Assembly: GCA_963784675.1 (NCBI GenBank)
Contig: CAWASE010000023.1
Span: forward strand, 23,792-87,791
DNA from: an uncultured Actinomycetes bacterium
GTDB lineage: Bacteria; Actinomycetota; Actinomycetes; Mycobacteriales; SCTD01
DNA: 64,000 nucleotides
Direction: 5' to 3'
The position numbers and the translations under genes were made by a program. The number at the start of each line of letters is the position of its first letter. The first letter of the stretch is position 1. The notes under the pieces were generated by a model that had not been told where the DNA came from, made no database searches, and worked only from the letters and a program-made list of their open reading frames with translations. Of this stretch, positions 42,028 through 52,492 are shown one piece after another.

Positions 42028-43578
42028 ATGCCTCCCACGAGAGCTGACGCCGTGCCCTCCTGCCTCGCCACCCGACACCGCGCGACCGCACGCGCCGTGG
42101 CCCTCGTCCTGACCCCGTGCCTGGCGCTCGCCGCCGGCCTGGGCCTCGCACTGGCCGGACCGGCCGTCGCCGCGACGACCGCCTTGAACCTCGGCGAGGC
42201 GACCGGCGTGGCGGTCCTGGCTGCCTCGACGATCACGAACACCGGGCCGTCCGTGCTGGTCGGCGACCTCGACCTGAGCCCGGGTACCTCCGTGACCGGC
42301 TTCCCGCCCGGCACCGTCTCCGGCGCGACGCACGTCGCTGACGCCGACGCCGGCCGCGCGCAGACCGACGCGACCGCAGCGTTCGTGAGCGCCGGCGCGC
42401 GGGCGCCGGAGAGCGCCCTCGACGTCGACCCGAGCGGCCAGTCGCTCGCCCCCGGCGTGTACGACGGCGGGGACCTGAACCTCACCGGCTCCGTCACCCT
42501 GGACGCCGGCGGCGACCCGCAGGCCGTCTTCCTCCTCCGCCTGGCGGGCACGCTCGACACGGCCGTCGACAGCTCCGTCGTCCTGGCCGGCGGTGCGCAG
42601 GCCTGCAACGTGTTCTGGACCGTCGGCAGCTCGGCCACGCTCGGCGGGGGCTCGGTCTTCCGCGGCACGATCCTGGCCGTGGCCTCCATCTCGACCGGCA
42701 ACCGGACAGCCGTCGACGGACGCCTGCTGGCCCGCAACGGCGCTGTCACCCTCATCAACAGCGACGTGGCTCGGCCCGTCTGCGCCCCCGTGGTCGTCCC
42801 GCCCTCGCCAGCGCCTCCGACGGCCAGTCCCACGCCGAGCGCGTCGCCCTCCGTGACTCCGTCCGTGACCATGTCCGTGACCCCCTCGGCCACCCCGTCC
42901 GTGACCCTGTCCGTGCCCCCGCCGCCGACCGTGCCCGTGACCCCGCCGGTGACCGAGACCCCGCCCGTGACCCCTAGCGTGCCCGCGACCGTGATCCCGA
43001 GCATGACCCCGAGCGTGGCCGCGACCGTGATCCCGACCGTGATCCCGACCGTGACCCCGACCGTGACCCCGACCGTGACCCCGACCGTGCCTGTGACTGC
43101 GCCCGTGCTCCCGATCGTCACCCCGTCCGCGAGCCCGACCGGCGCCCCCAGCCCCAGTGCGAGCGCTCAGCCCACGTCGACGACGCCGGCCCCCGGCCAG
43201 GCGCCCGAGGCGCCCGTGAACGGCCCGTCCGTCCCGGTCCCTGTCGCCCCGGCGGTCGCGGGTGGGAGCACGACCGACGAGGGGCTGTCCGGCGGCAGGC
43301 CGGTCCGCGGCGTCCCGTCCCTCGGCGGATCGGGCGGCACGACCGGCGGGGGGTCGTTGACCGGCGGCTCCGCCACGGGTGGCGGCTGGATCGGTGGCCA
43401 CTCCTTCTCGAACGGCAGCACCCCACAGCTCCCGCGGACCGGCGTCGACGCCGACCGCCTGGCCCTGGGCGGCGGGGCGGCCGTGGCGCTCGGGGCACTG
43501 CTGCTGGCCGCGGCGGGCACGAGCTCCAGCAGGCCCCGGCACGCGGCCTCACGCTCTCGGACGCCCTCGGCTGCGTGA
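42028..43578 (+). CDS. DUF3494 ice-binding family protein with Pro/Thr stalk and LPRTG sortase signal
   Basis: Signal peptide; AVLAASTITNTGPSV-GDLDLSPGTSVTGFPPG, LAPGVY, LTGSVTLDAGGDPQAVF, AQACNVFWTVGSSATLG, FRGTILA, GRLLARNGAVTL; then LPRTG, hydrophobic helix and basic tail. Confidence 0.9.
   Translation: MPPTRADAVPSCLATRHRATARAVALVLTPCLALAAGLGLALAGPAVAATTALNLGEATGVAVLAASTITNTGPSVLVGDLDLSPGTSVTGFPPGTVSGATHVADADAGRAQTDATAAFVSAGARAPESALDVDPSGQSLAPGVYDGGDLNLTGSVTLDAGGDPQAVFLLRLAGTLDTAVDSSVVLAGGAQACNVFWTVGSSATLGGGSVFRGTILAVASISTGNRTAVDGRLLARNGAVTLINSDVARPVCAPVVVPPSPAPPTASPTPSASPSVTPSVTMSVTPSATPSVTLSVPPPPTVPVTPPVTETPPVTPSVPATVIPSMTPSVAATVIPTVIPTVTPTVTPTVTPTVPVTAPVLPIVTPSASPTGAPSPSASAQPTSTTPAPGQAPEAPVNGPSVPVPVAPAVAGGSTTDEGLSGGRPVRGVPSLGGSGGTTGGGSLTGGSATGGGWIGGHSFSNGSTPQLPRTGVDADRLALGGGAAVALGALLLAAAGTSSSRPRHAASRSRTPSAA
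42820..43135 (+). repeat. Degenerate 12-bp repeats (CCGACCGTGACC-type) encoding (T/S)VTP
   Basis: Near-perfect units at about 43021-43090. Confidence 0.85.
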
Positions 43579-43679
43579 CCGCCACCTGACCGCCTGACCG
43601 CAGCCCGTCCCGGCACCAGCACCCTCACCCGTTCCCGCTTCCCGACCCCTGCCCGGCACCCGTGCCGACCGGCCTGTGC

Positions 43680-46037
43680 TCAGCCGCGCGGAACCACGAC
43701 GAGCCTGCCGTCGCGCACGGCCAGCGCCACGTCACCGTCCTGGTCGGTGCGGAACGACTGCGCGCCGCCCGCCGTCAGCCGGGACAGCGTGCCGGCCGAG
43801 GGGTGCCCGTAGGTGTTCCCGGCCCCGACCGACGTCAGCACCAGCCGCGCCCCGACCGCATCAAGGAACGCCGGGTCCTGGTGATCGCTGCCATGGTGCG
43901 GCACCTTGAGCACCGCGGCGCGCACGTCGATGCCGCGCGTCAGCAGGTCGCGCTGCGCCTCGGGCTCGATGTCCCCGGTCAGCAGCACCGTGGTGCCGCC
44001 GAGCTCGACCCGCAGCACCAGCGAGCTGTTGTTCGGGTCCGAGCGGGTGCCCCGGTACACGCGGCTCGGAGCCAGCACCTGCCAGCGGACCGCGCCGATC
44101 TGCCGCACCTCGCCCAGGGCCGGCCGGGTCACCGGGACCCCCGCCGTGGCAGCCTCCGCCACGAGCTCGGCGTACTGCTGCTCGGGGTCCTCCAGCGGTC
44201 CGATCTGCACCTGCCCGACCTGGCGGCCGCGCAGGACGCCGGTCAGCCCGTCGACGTGGTCGGCGTGCAGGTGCGTGACGAGCACCAGCGGCACCTGGCC
44301 GATGCCGAGCCGCCGCAGGCAGGCGTCGACCAGCCGCGGTTCCGGCCCGGCGTCGACCACGACTCCGACGCCCGCCGCCACCCGCAGCACCACGGCGTCG
44401 CCCTGCCCGACGTCGCAGACCACCATCGTCCAGCCCGCCGGCGGCCAGGCCGGGCGGGCGAGCGCCGCGCCGGACGTCACCACGGCGATGCCGGTCGTCG
44501 CCGCCAGCAGGGTCAGGCGCACGCGCCGGTGCCGGGCGCCGAGCAGCAGCCCCAGGGTGAGCGCGCCGAGCAACAGTCCACCCCGCGCCCCGTCGGGCCA
44601 GGGTAGGTCCGCACCGGGCAGCCCCGAGCCCCAGCGGGCGACCCAGACGAGCCAGGCCGTCGGCAGCCACCCCAGCCAGGCCACCCCCTGCGCCAGCGGC
44701 AGGCACACCGGGGCGAGCAGGGCAGCGAGCACTCCCGCCACCGTCGCCGGCGCGACCGCCAGCGCCGCCAGCAGGTTGGCCGGGACCGACAGCGCGCCGA
44801 GCTGCGAGCTGATCGCCACGACGACCGGTCCGCAGGCTGCCTGGGCCGCGGCAGGGACGGCGATCGCGTCGGCGAGCCACCCCGGCAACCTCCTGCCCAG
44901 CCAGCGCCGCCACGGCGGAGCGAGCACCAGCAGCCCGCCGGTCGCCAGCACCGACAGCGCGAAGCCGGCGGCACCCGCGAGGTCCGGATCGACCAGCACC
45001 AGGGCGAGCACGGCCGTCGCCAGCGCCGGCAGCGCAGCCCGCCGGCCACCGGTGGTCAGGGCTACCAGACCCACCACGCCCATCACCGCCGCCCGGAGCA
45101 CGCTGGGCGACGGCCTCGCCAGCACGACGAACCCCAGCAGCGCCAGGCCGGCGAGGGCGGGCCCGACCCGGAGACCGAAGCCGAGCCGGCGCGTCAGCAG
45201 CAGCACGGCGCCGGTCACGATCGCGACGTTCGTGCCGCTCACCGCCGTCAGGTGCGTCAGGCCGACCGTCCGGAAGTCCTCGCGGACGTGCGGGTCCAGC
45301 CGGCTCACGTCGCCGACGACCAGCCCCGGCAGGAGGCCGCGCTCCCGCTCGGGCAGCGGTGACACCGCCTCCCGCAGCCCGGCGCGCAGGCCGCCGGCCA
45401 CCCGCTGTACCCGGCTCGGTGGCGACAGCACCACCGGGTGGCCGCGGTCGGACAGCACGGCCGTCACGTCGTCACCTGGTTCGGCGGCCCGCAACCGTCC
45501 CTCGGCGCGCACCCGCTGGCTGGGCAGCAACGGCAACCAGGCCCGGTCCGAGGACAGCACGAGCACCGGCGTGCGCAGGTGCAGCGTCGTCGCGCCGCGG
45601 CGCAGCACCTCCACGCGCAGCCGGACCACGACCAGATCGGTCCTTCGCGGACCGGTGGCGGCGGCCAGCCTCGGGTCGTCGACCAGCACGCCCTCCAGCG
45701 CGACGGCGGAGCGGTCGGACGCCCACCCCGGCAGCGGCCCTACCGCGCGGGACTGCGTGTGCAGGCCGGTGACCGCTGCCGACGCCGCGACGCACGCCAG
45801 CACGGCGGCCGCCAGCAGCGCGCGGCCCCGGCGCCGCGCGGCGAGCACACCGACCGCCGCCGCGGCCGCCAGTGCACCCGTCCCCAGGACGGCCGGCGGC
45901 GGGAGGTAGCGGCCCACGAAGGCGACCAGCCAGGCGGCGAGCGCCGGCAGCGCGAGGCGCAGGTCCAGCGGCTCCTGGTCCGGATCGTCCCCGTCCTGCT
46001 GCGGCGGCGGCCGGGTCGTCGGCGGCGAGGCGGGCAT
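43680..46037 (-). CDS. comEC: Competence protein ComEC/Rec2
   Basis: GLLPGLVVGD, GLTHLTAVSGTN, PSVLRAAVMG, CDVGQGDA, THLHADHVDG, LKVPHHGS, NTYGHP. Confidence 0.95.
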   Translation of the reverse strand: MPASPPTTRPPPQQDGDDPDQEPLDLRLALPALAAWLVAFVGRYLPPPAVLGTGALAAAAAVGVLAARRRGRALLAAAVLACVAASAAVTGLHTQSRAVGPLPGWASDRSAVALEGVLVDDPRLAAATGPRRTDLVVVRLRVEVLRRGATTLHLRTPVLVLSSDRAWLPLLPSQRVRAEGRLRAAEPGDDVTAVLSDRGHPVVLSPPSRVQRVAGGLRAGLREAVSPLPERERGLLPGLVVGDVSRLDPHVREDFRTVGLTHLTAVSGTNVAIVTGAVLLLTRRLGFGLRVGPALAGLALLGFVVLARPSPSVLRAAVMGVVGLVALTTGGRRAALPALATAVLALVLVDPDLAGAAGFALSVLATGGLLVLAPPWRRWLGRRLPGWLADAIAVPAAAQAACGPVVVAISSQLGALSVPANLLAALAVAPATVAGVLAALLAPVCLPLAQGVAWLGWLPTAWLVWVARWGSGLPGADLPWPDGARGGLLLGALTLGLLLGARHRRVRLTLLAATTGIAVVTSGAALARPAWPPAGWTMVVCDVGQGDAVVLRVAAGVGVVVDAGPEPRLVDACLRRLGIGQVPLVLVTHLHADHVDGLTGVLRGRQVGQVQIGPLEDPEQQYAELVAEAATAGVPVTRPALGEVRQIGAVRWQVLAPSRVYRGTRSDPNNSSLVLRVELGGTTVLLTGDIEPEAQRDLLTRGIDVRAAVLKVPHHGSDHQDPAFLDAVGARLVLTSVGAGNTYGHPSAGTLSRLTAGGAQSFRTDQDGDVALAVRDGRLVVVPRG

Positions 46038-47104
46038 CACCCGACGGAGACCTTGCCCTGGAGATCGCCGTACTTCGCCTCGCCGATGCCCGTCACCTCG
46101 CGCAGCTGGTCGATGCTCTCGAAGCGCCCGTGCTCCTCGCGCCAGTCGACGATGCGCTGGGCGAGCACCGGTCCGATGCCGGGCAGCGCGTCCAGGTCCC
46201 CGACCGCGGCCACGTTCAGGTCGAGCAGCCCCCCTGCACCGCGCTGACCACCCGCGGCCGCAGGCGCCGCACCGGGAGGAGGATCGATGCCCACCAGGAT
46301 CTGTTCGCCGTCGACGAGGCGGCGGGCCAGGTTCAGCAGCCCGGGTGACGCACCCGGCAGGACGCCTCCGGCGGCTCGAACCGCGTCGTCGACGCGGCTC
46401 CCGCTGGGCAGCTCGACGACCCCCGGGCGGACCACCTTGCCCGCGACCGCGACGACCACCGCGCCGGTGTCCGGCCCGGCCGACGGCGAGGGCAGTCCAG
46501 GCAGCGGTACACCGTCGGTGACGACCTGCGGCACCTCCACCACCTGCGGGCGTCCCCGCACGACGACCAGCCCCGCCAGGCACGACGCCACCAGAGCGAC
46601 CGCGAGCAGGGCCGCCACCGCCCCCCTGGTGAGGTCGACCCGGCCGCGGGCCAGGCGCGCCGGCAGCAGCCCGGTGCCGCCGGAACGCACCCGCCTGGAC
46701 GCCGCCCGGCGACCCCTGACCCGGCTTGCTCTGTCGAGTGCCGGTGGGGGCGAGCCGGGCTGCGCTGCAGGATCGCTCCGCACGGTGGCCGGGTCGTCGC
46801 CCGGGTCGGCGATGCGCGCGCCGTCGTCCACCGGGCTGTCGTCGAGGCCACTGTCGTCGAGCCTGCTGTCGTCGAGGCCGCTGTCGTCGAGGCCGCTGTG
46901 GTCGAGCGTGCTGTGGTCCCCCGTGCTGCCGTGGCCGACCGCGGTCGCCAGCGGCTCGGTCGAGCGGTCCGCGGCCGGCCCGGCATCCGGTACCCAACCG
47001 CCCCGGCGCCCGGCCGGGCGCGAGGGGATCGCCCTGCCGAGCATTCCTTCCACCCGGCGCAGCGCAACCGTCGGATCAGGCTGGCGACGGCCGCGGATGC
47101 GCAC
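46037..47104 (-). CDS. comEA: Competence protein ComEA (SLBB + HhH) with long low-complexity N-terminus
   Basis: VAGKVVRPGVVELPSGSRVDDAV, LNLARRLVDGEQI, LDALPGIGPVLAQRI, EVTGIGE; start uncertain. Confidence 0.92.
   Translation of the reverse strand: MRIRGRRQPDPTVALRRVEGMLGRAIPSRPAGRRGGWVPDAGPAADRSTEPLATAVGHGSTGDHSTLDHSGLDDSGLDDSRLDDSGLDDSPVDDGARIADPGDDPATVRSDPAAQPGSPPPALDRASRVRGRRAASRRVRSGGTGLLPARLARGRVDLTRGAVAALLAVALVASCLAGLVVVRGRPQVVEVPQVVTDGVPLPGLPSPSAGPDTGAVVVAVAGKVVRPGVVELPSGSRVDDAVRAAGGVLPGASPGLLNLARRLVDGEQILVGIDPPPGAAPAAAGGQRGAGGLLDLNVAAVGDLDALPGIGPVLAQRIVDWREEHGRFESIDQLREVTGIGEAKYGDLQGKVSVG
46835..46918. repeat. 15-bp tandem repeat (GCTGTCGTCGAGGCC)x~5.5 encoding LDDSG
   Basis: Directly visible inside the comEA 5' region. 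Confidence 0.9.
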
Positions 47105-47265
47105 CCGGCGGACGCTAGGAGCAGGCGCTTCCCCTCGCGACCCCGGCGAGCCGATCTGTGGACAGCCTCCCTGATGCGTGGGCGTACCTCGATCCCCACG
47201 CACGCCACCGCCCGTGCCGGCCTCCCCGCCACGCCTGCGCACGCACCCGCGCTGCTGCCAAGACG

Positions 47266-47814
47266 TCAGCGGCGCTGTCTCAGGTTCGACCGGTGCCGGA
47301 CGACGATGACCGCCGCGACGACCAGCGCCCACCACCGGTCCTCCGAGAGCACGACGGCGACGACCAGCAGCGCGAGCGCCGAGGACACCGACGCGGCCGC
47401 GATCCAGCGCGATCCCGCCAGCACCAGCACCCAGGTCAGCAGCACGACCGCCGCCCAGAGCGGGTGCGACCCGAGGACGGCGCCGGCCGCGGTCGCCACC
47501 CCCTTGCCGCCCCGTCCGCGCAGCAGCGGCGAGCTCACGTGCCCCAGGACGGCGGCGACCCCCGCGAGGAGCCCGGCGCGATGGTCCACGGCGCCGAACA
47601 GCGCCGACGGGACGCCTCCCTTGGCCACGTCCAGCACGGCGACCAGGACCCCCGTCCGACGTCCGAGCGCCCGTCCGGCGTTCGACGCGCCCGGGTTGCC
47701 CGAGCCGACGGCGTGCAGGTCGATGCCGCGGCGCCGGGCCAGCGCCGTCGCGGGCGAGACCGCCCCCACCAGGTAGCCGATCACGCCGGCGCTCACCAGC
47801 AGCAGGGTGCTCAC
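47266..47814 (-). CDS. plsY: Glycerol-3-phosphate acyltransferase PlsY
   Basis: GYLVGA, GSGNPGASNAGR, DVAKG, GH-SPLLRGRGGKGVAT, RHRSNL. Confidence 0.92.
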   Translation of the reverse strand: MSTLLLVSAGVIGYLVGAVSPATALARRRGIDLHAVGSGNPGASNAGRALGRRTGVLVAVLDVAKGGVPSALFGAVDHRAGLLAGVAAVLGHVSSPLLRGRGGKGVATAAGAVLGSHPLWAAVVLLTWVLVLAGSRWIAAASVSSALALLVVAVVLSEDRWWALVVAAVIVVRHRSNLRQRR

Positions 47815-48731
47815 CGGCGCGAGACCACGACCCCGAGCAGCCCCGGACCCACGTGGGCCCCGACCACGGCGCCGACCTCGCTCACGTACATCGAACGCAG
47901 CCGCGGCAGCCTCTCGACCAGACGCGCGGCGAGAGCCTCGGCGCGCGCGGGCGCGGCGAGGTGGTGCACCGCGACGTCGACCGCGCCGTCGCCCGCACGG
48001 TGCACGGCGATCTCCTCCAGCCGGGCCATCGCCTTGGACGCGGTGCGGACCTTCTCCAGCGCCGCGATCTGCCCGTCGGTCACGTGGAGCAGCGGTTTCA
48101 CCGCCAGGGCCGCCCCCACCAGCGCGGCTGCGGCGCCGATGCGTCCGCCACGACGCAGGTGCTCGAGCGTGTCGACGTAGAACAGCACGTCCGTCGCCGC
48201 AGCGGCTTCGGTCGCTGCGTCCGCCACGGCGTCCAGATCGCCCCCGGCCCGCGCCGCGGCGACCGCCCCCAGCACGGCGAACCCCAGACCCATCGCGATG
48301 GTCCGGCTGTCGACCACCCGCACCTGGATGCCCTCACCGGCGACCTCGGCGGCGGCCAGCCGCGCGTTGTCGTGCGTCCCCGACAGCCGCGAGGACAGCT
48401 GCACCGACACGACGTACCGGGCGCCGCTGGCACGGTACGCCGCGACGAAGTCACCGGGCGTCGCTCGTGAGGTCGAGACCTGCACCCGCTTCTCGTGCAG
48501 CGCTGCCGCGACGTCCGCGGGCGACACCTGCTCGCCCTCGGTCCCGGTGCGGGTCCCCAGCACGACGTGGAGCGGCACGACGCCCAGCCCGACGTCCAGC
48601 CCCTCGGGCAGGTAGGCGGTGCTGTCGGTGACCACGGCGACGGTCTGCTCCGCCGACGGCTCACCCCCGAGCAGCGCCCCGGCGCACGGAACGGCAGAAG
48701 GGCGACCGCCTGCGCCCGAGCCGGCGCTCAC
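47811..48731 (-). CDS. DegV family fatty-acid-binding protein
   Basis: [49 protein letters not shown]; start uncertain. Confidence 0.92.
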   Translation of the reverse strand: MSAGSGAGGRPSAVPCAGALLGGEPSAEQTVAVVTDSTAYLPEGLDVGLGVVPLHVVLGTRTGTEGEQVSPADVAAALHEKRVQVSTSRATPGDFVAAYRASGARYVVSVQLSSRLSGTHDNARLAAAEVAGEGIQVRVVDSRTIAMGLGFAVLGAVAAARAGGDLDAVADAATEAAAATDVLFYVDTLEHLRRGGRIGAAAALVGAALAVKPLLHVTDGQIAALEKVRTASKAMARLEEIAVHRAGDGAVDVAVHHLAAPARAEALAARLVERLPRLRSMYVSEVGAVVGAHVGPGLLGVVVSRR

Positions 48732-51211
48732 CCCGGGACGATGTTGACCAGCTTGGGGGCCTTGACGATCGCGAGCTTGACGCTGCGTCCGTCCAAGGCC
48801 TTGCGGACCGCGTCGCTGGCCAGCGCCAGGGTGCGCAGCGCGTCCTCGGAGATGTCCGGCGCGACCTCCAGCCGGTCGCGCACCTTGCCCTGGACCTGCA
48901 CGACGCACGTGACGCTGTCCTGGACCAGCAGCGACGGGTCGGCGACCGGCCAGTCGGCGGCGTGCACGGAGTCGCCGGCGTCGACGTCGTGGCTCAGCAG
49001 GGACCACGCCTGCTCCGCGGCGTAGGGCGCGAAGCACCCCAGCATGACCGCCAAGGACGCCACCCCGTCCCGCAGCGAGGCGGGACCGGCCGCGCCTGCT
49101 TCGACGGATCTGCGCAGTGCGTTGGTCAGCTCCATCAGGCGGGCGATCGCGACGTTCAGGCGCTGCACCTCGACCAGACGGGTGACCTCGTCGACGGTCC
49201 GCGCGACCGCGCGGTCCAGCTCGGGCTCGCGCTCGTCCGAGGCAGCCAGCGCGCCGACGTCCTCGGCCAGGCGGACGACGCGGGCCAGGTACTTCACCGA
49301 ACCGGACGGGGAGACGTCGGCCCAGTCGATGTCGTCCTCGGGCGGACCGGCGAACACCATCGTCAGCCGGACGGCGTCGACGCCGAACTGGGCCAGCTGC
49401 TCGCCGAGGTCGACCATCGTCTCCGGCTTGGACTTGCTCATGGCCTGGCCGCCGTTGATGACCTGCCCCTGGTTCATCAGCCGCGTGAACGGCTCGACGA
49501 AGTCGACCATGCCCATGTCGTGCAGGACCTTGGTGAAGAAGCGGCTGTACAGCAGGTGCAGGATCGCGTGCTCGACCCCGCCGACGTACTGCGCGACCGG
49601 CATCCATGCGCGGACGGCTGCGGGGTCGAAGGGCCCGTCGGTGTAGTCGGGCGAGCAGTAGCGCAGGAAGTACCAGGACGAGTCGACGAAGGTGTCCATG
49701 GTGTCGGTGTCGCGTCGCGCGGGCGTCCCGCAGGACGGGCAGTCGACGTGCACCCAGTCCGTCGCCGCGCCCAGCGGTGACGTGCCGGCCGGTTTCAGCG
49801 CGGCCCCGCGCAGGTCGGGCAGCCGCACCGGCAGCTGGTCGTCCGGCACCGGCACCTCTCCGCAGGCGTCGCAGTGCACGATCGGGATCGGCGCGCCCCA
49901 GAAGCGCTGCCGCGACAGCAGCCAGTCGCGCAGCCGGAAGTTGACGGCGCCCTTGCCGACGCCGCGCGCTTCCAGGTCGGCGACGACCCGCTCGATCGCC
50001 TCGGTCTTGGACAACCCGTCGTAGGGGCCGCTGTTCACCAGCACGCCGTCGCCGGCGGTCGCGGTCCCGCTGGTGGCGGGGTCCTGACCGTCGGTCTGCA
50101 CGACCACGCGCACCGGCAGACCGAAGGCACGCGCGAAGTCCAGGTCGCGCTGGTCGTGCGCGGGCACCGCCATGATGGCGCCGGTGCCGTAGTCGGCCAG
50201 CACGTAGTCGGCGGCGTAGACGGGGATCTGCTCGCCGTCGACCGGGTTCGTCGCGGTGACCCCCAGGTCGACGCCGGTCTTCTCTCGGTCGGTGGCCTGC
50301 CGCTCGATCTCCGACAGCGCCGACACCTGCTCGCGGTAGGCGTCCAGCGCTGCTCGTCGTTCCGGTGCGCACAGCTGCAGGGCCAGCGGAGCGTCGGCCG
50401 CCACCACGAAGAACGTCGCGCCGTACAGCGTGTCGGGACGGGTGGTGAACACGGTGACGGGCTGCTCGCCCGCAACCGTGTGCACCACGAAGTCGACGTG
50501 CGCGCCCTGGGAGCGGCCGATCCAGTTCTTCTGCATGAGCAGCACGCGCTCGGGCCAGTGGCCGCGCAGCTGCTCCATGTCGTCCAGCAACCGGTCGGCG
50601 TAGTCGGTCACCTTGAAGAACCACTGCGTCAGCTCGCGCTTGGTGACGAGGGCGCCGCAGCGTTCGCAGGCACCCTGGACGACCTGCTCGTTGGCCAGCA
50701 CCGTCTGGTCGTTCGGGCACCAGTTGACGGCACTGGACTTGCGGTAGGCCAGTCCCCGCTCGCGAAAGCGCAGGAACAACCACTGCGTCCATCGGTAGTA
50801 CTCGGGATCGCTGGTGTGCAGCCGCCGGGTCCAGTCGAAGCTGATGGCGAAACGTCGGAAGCTGTCGGCCTGCGTCTCGATGTTGGCGTAGGTGTAGGTC
50901 GACGGGTGCTCGTCCCGCCGGATGGCGGCGTTCTCGGCCGGCAGCCCGAAGGAGTCCCACCCGATCGGGTGCAGCACGTCGTAGCCCCGTCGACCCCAGT
51001 AGCGGGCGAGCACGTCGCACAGGCCGTACGCCTCGGCATGACCCATGTGCAGGTCACCGCTGGGGTAGGGAAACATGTCGAGCACGTACTTCTTCTCCGC
51101 ACCGGCGTTGCGGCCGGCACGGTAGAGATCGAGGCGGTCCCAGACCGGCAGCCACCGGTCCTGCACCGCCTGCGGGTCGTACGGTTCGCGCTCGGTCGCC
51201 TGCGTGGTCAT
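48728..51211 (-). CDS. leuS: Leucine--tRNA ligase
   Basis: [13 protein letters not shown] (HIGH), [39 protein letters not shown] (KMSKS). Confidence 0.98.
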   Translation of the reverse strand: MTTQATEREPYDPQAVQDRWLPVWDRLDLYRAGRNAGAEKKYVLDMFPYPSGDLHMGHAEAYGLCDVLARYWGRRGYDVLHPIGWDSFGLPAENAAIRRDEHPSTYTYANIETQADSFRRFAISFDWTRRLHTSDPEYYRWTQWLFLRFRERGLAYRKSSAVNWCPNDQTVLANEQVVQGACERCGALVTKRELTQWFFKVTDYADRLLDDMEQLRGHWPERVLLMQKNWIGRSQGAHVDFVVHTVAGEQPVTVFTTRPDTLYGATFFVVAADAPLALQLCAPERRAALDAYREQVSALSEIERQATDREKTGVDLGVTATNPVDGEQIPVYAADYVLADYGTGAIMAVPAHDQRDLDFARAFGLPVRVVVQTDGQDPATSGTATAGDGVLVNSGPYDGLSKTEAIERVVADLEARGVGKGAVNFRLRDWLLSRQRFWGAPIPIVHCDACGEVPVPDDQLPVRLPDLRGAALKPAGTSPLGAATDWVHVDCPSCGTPARRDTDTMDTFVDSSWYFLRYCSPDYTDGPFDPAAVRAWMPVAQYVGGVEHAILHLLYSRFFTKVLHDMGMVDFVEPFTRLMNQGQVINGGQAMSKSKPETMVDLGEQLAQFGVDAVRLTMVFAGPPEDDIDWADVSPSGSVKYLARVVRLAEDVGALAASDEREPELDRAVARTVDEVTRLVEVQRLNVAIARLMELTNALRRSVEAGAAGPASLRDGVASLAVMLGCFAPYAAEQAWSLLSHDVDAGDSVHAADWPVADPSLLVQDSVTCVVQVQGKVRDRLEVAPDISEDALRTLALASDAVRKALDGRSVKLAIVKAPKLVNIVPG

Positions 51212-51245
51212 CGCTGCTCGCTCCTGGTCGCTCGGCCGGGTCCGG

Positions 51246-51276
51246 ACACACAAGAGCCCCCGTGGGTCACGGGGGC
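51246..51276 (-). terminator. Attenuator terminator hairpin upstream of leuS
   Basis: RNA GCCCCCGUG-ACC-CACGGGGGC (9-bp stem) followed by UCUUGUGUGU. Confidence 0.75.
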
Positions 51277-51298
51277 GCCGCGCTGACGTGAAGCCTGG

Positions 51299-51328
51299 TC
51301 AGCGCGGCCCGGGAAGCAGCGAGGTCAT
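51299..51328 (-). CDS. leuS leader peptide MTSLLPGPR
   Basis: ATG 6 nt after a TAGCAT -10 (leaderless); tandem Leu codons CTG CTT; stop lies within the 11-bp hairpin 51277-51308. Confidence 0.72.
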   Translation of the reverse strand: MTSLLPGPR

Positions 51329-51406
51329 GCTCACATGCTATCGCGGCACGTCCAGCGTCTTCGTCGCGTTCGACCCCCGTACCCTCGACGCACGGACGGA
51401 GGACTC

Positions 51407-52492
51407 GTGAGCAACCTGCTGCACCAGCCCGAGCCCACCGGGCTCGACCCGCAGGAGCCGGTGCGCGCGGTGTCTCCGTGGCACGCCACCGGCCTGCGCG
51501 CCCAAGGTCGGCGGCGCCGGTGGTTCCTGGCGGTGGGCATCGCCTTCGTGCTCGTCAGCATCCCGTTCGGCTTCCCGACCGGCCGCGACGTCATCACCGG
51601 TTGGACGCTCCTGCTGCTGCTCGCTGCCTTCGGCGGCGACCTGCGGCACTGGGGACGGTCGGTGCTGCGCGACTGGTTGCCGCTGTTCGGCGTCCTGTTC
51701 CTCTACGACTTCCTGCGCGGCTCCGCCGACGAGCTCGGCAGCCGGCTGGTCTCGCTGCCGGCCCTGCGCAACGGCAAGACGGGTGCGGAAGGCATCGACC
51801 ACGCGCACGTGCTCCCGCAGCTGCGGGCCGACGAGATCCTGTTCGGCTGGGCCACCGGCGGCCGCGTGCCGACGGTCTGGCTGCAGGACCACCTGCACGT
51901 CGCCGGGCAGGTGCGCTGGTACGACATCGCGATCGTGCCCGTCTACATGTCGCACTTCGTCGTCCCGATGGCGCTGGCCGTCGTGCTGTGGCTGTTCGGT
52001 TACCACCTGTTCCGCCGCTACGTCTGGACCCTGGTCACGCTGACGCTGCTGACGCTGGCCACCTATGCCCTGTTCCCCGCTGCGCCGCCGTGGATGGCCG
52101 GCCTGAACGGCTACCTGCCCGACGTGACGCGGGTGGTGTCGGAGACCTTGCAGGCCACCGGCATCGGCACGATCCGGTCTGCCGTGGCCAGGGGCGAGGC
52201 CTATGCGAACGCCGTGGCCGCGATCCCGTCGCTGCACTCCGGGGTGCCGATGATGGTGCTCCTGTTCAGCTGGTCGCTGGTCGGTCGGCGGGTGCGTGCG
52301 CTGCTCGTCGGCTACGTCCTGGCGATGACCTTCACGCTGGCCTACGGCGGCGAGCACTTCGTCGTCGACGCCTTCGTCGGCTGGCTGTACGCCGCCGTCA
52401 GCGTCTACGGGGTGGCCTGGTTCTTCCGTCGGCGCGCGGCCCGCACCGCGACGACCCCGCCCGCGCCCCTGGACCGGACGGCGGCAGGTTAG
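51407..52492 (+). CDS. PAP2-family (Aur1/IPC-synthase-like) membrane protein
   Basis: DWLPL, VYMSHF, YALFPAAPPW, NAVAAIPSLH, YGGEHFVVD. Confidence 0.88.
   Translation: MSNLLHQPEPTGLDPQEPVRAVSPWHATGLRAQGRRRRWFLAVGIAFVLVSIPFGFPTGRDVITGWTLLLLLAAFGGDLRHWGRSVLRDWLPLFGVLFLYDFLRGSADELGSRLVSLPALRNGKTGAEGIDHAHVLPQLRADEILFGWATGGRVPTVWLQDHLHVAGQVRWYDIAIVPVYMSHFVVPMALAVVLWLFGYHLFRRYVWTLVTLTLLTLATYALFPAAPPWMAGLNGYLPDVTRVVSETLQATGIGTIRSAVARGEAYANAVAAIPSLHSGVPMMVLLFSWSLVGRRVRALLVGYVLAMTFTLAYGGEHFVVDAFVGWLYAAVSVYGVAWFFRRRAARTATTPPAPLDRTAAG

Noticed and set aside
46835-46918. Tandem repeats here and at 26038-26217, 29460-29575 and 43021-43090 as CRISPR arrays
   Set aside because: No unique spacers; unit lengths are multiples of 3 inside coding frames.
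51212-51345. T-box riboswitch for leuS (also checked upstream of glyQS)
   Set aside because: No T-box consensus and too short for stem I; the leader-peptide attenuator fits better.
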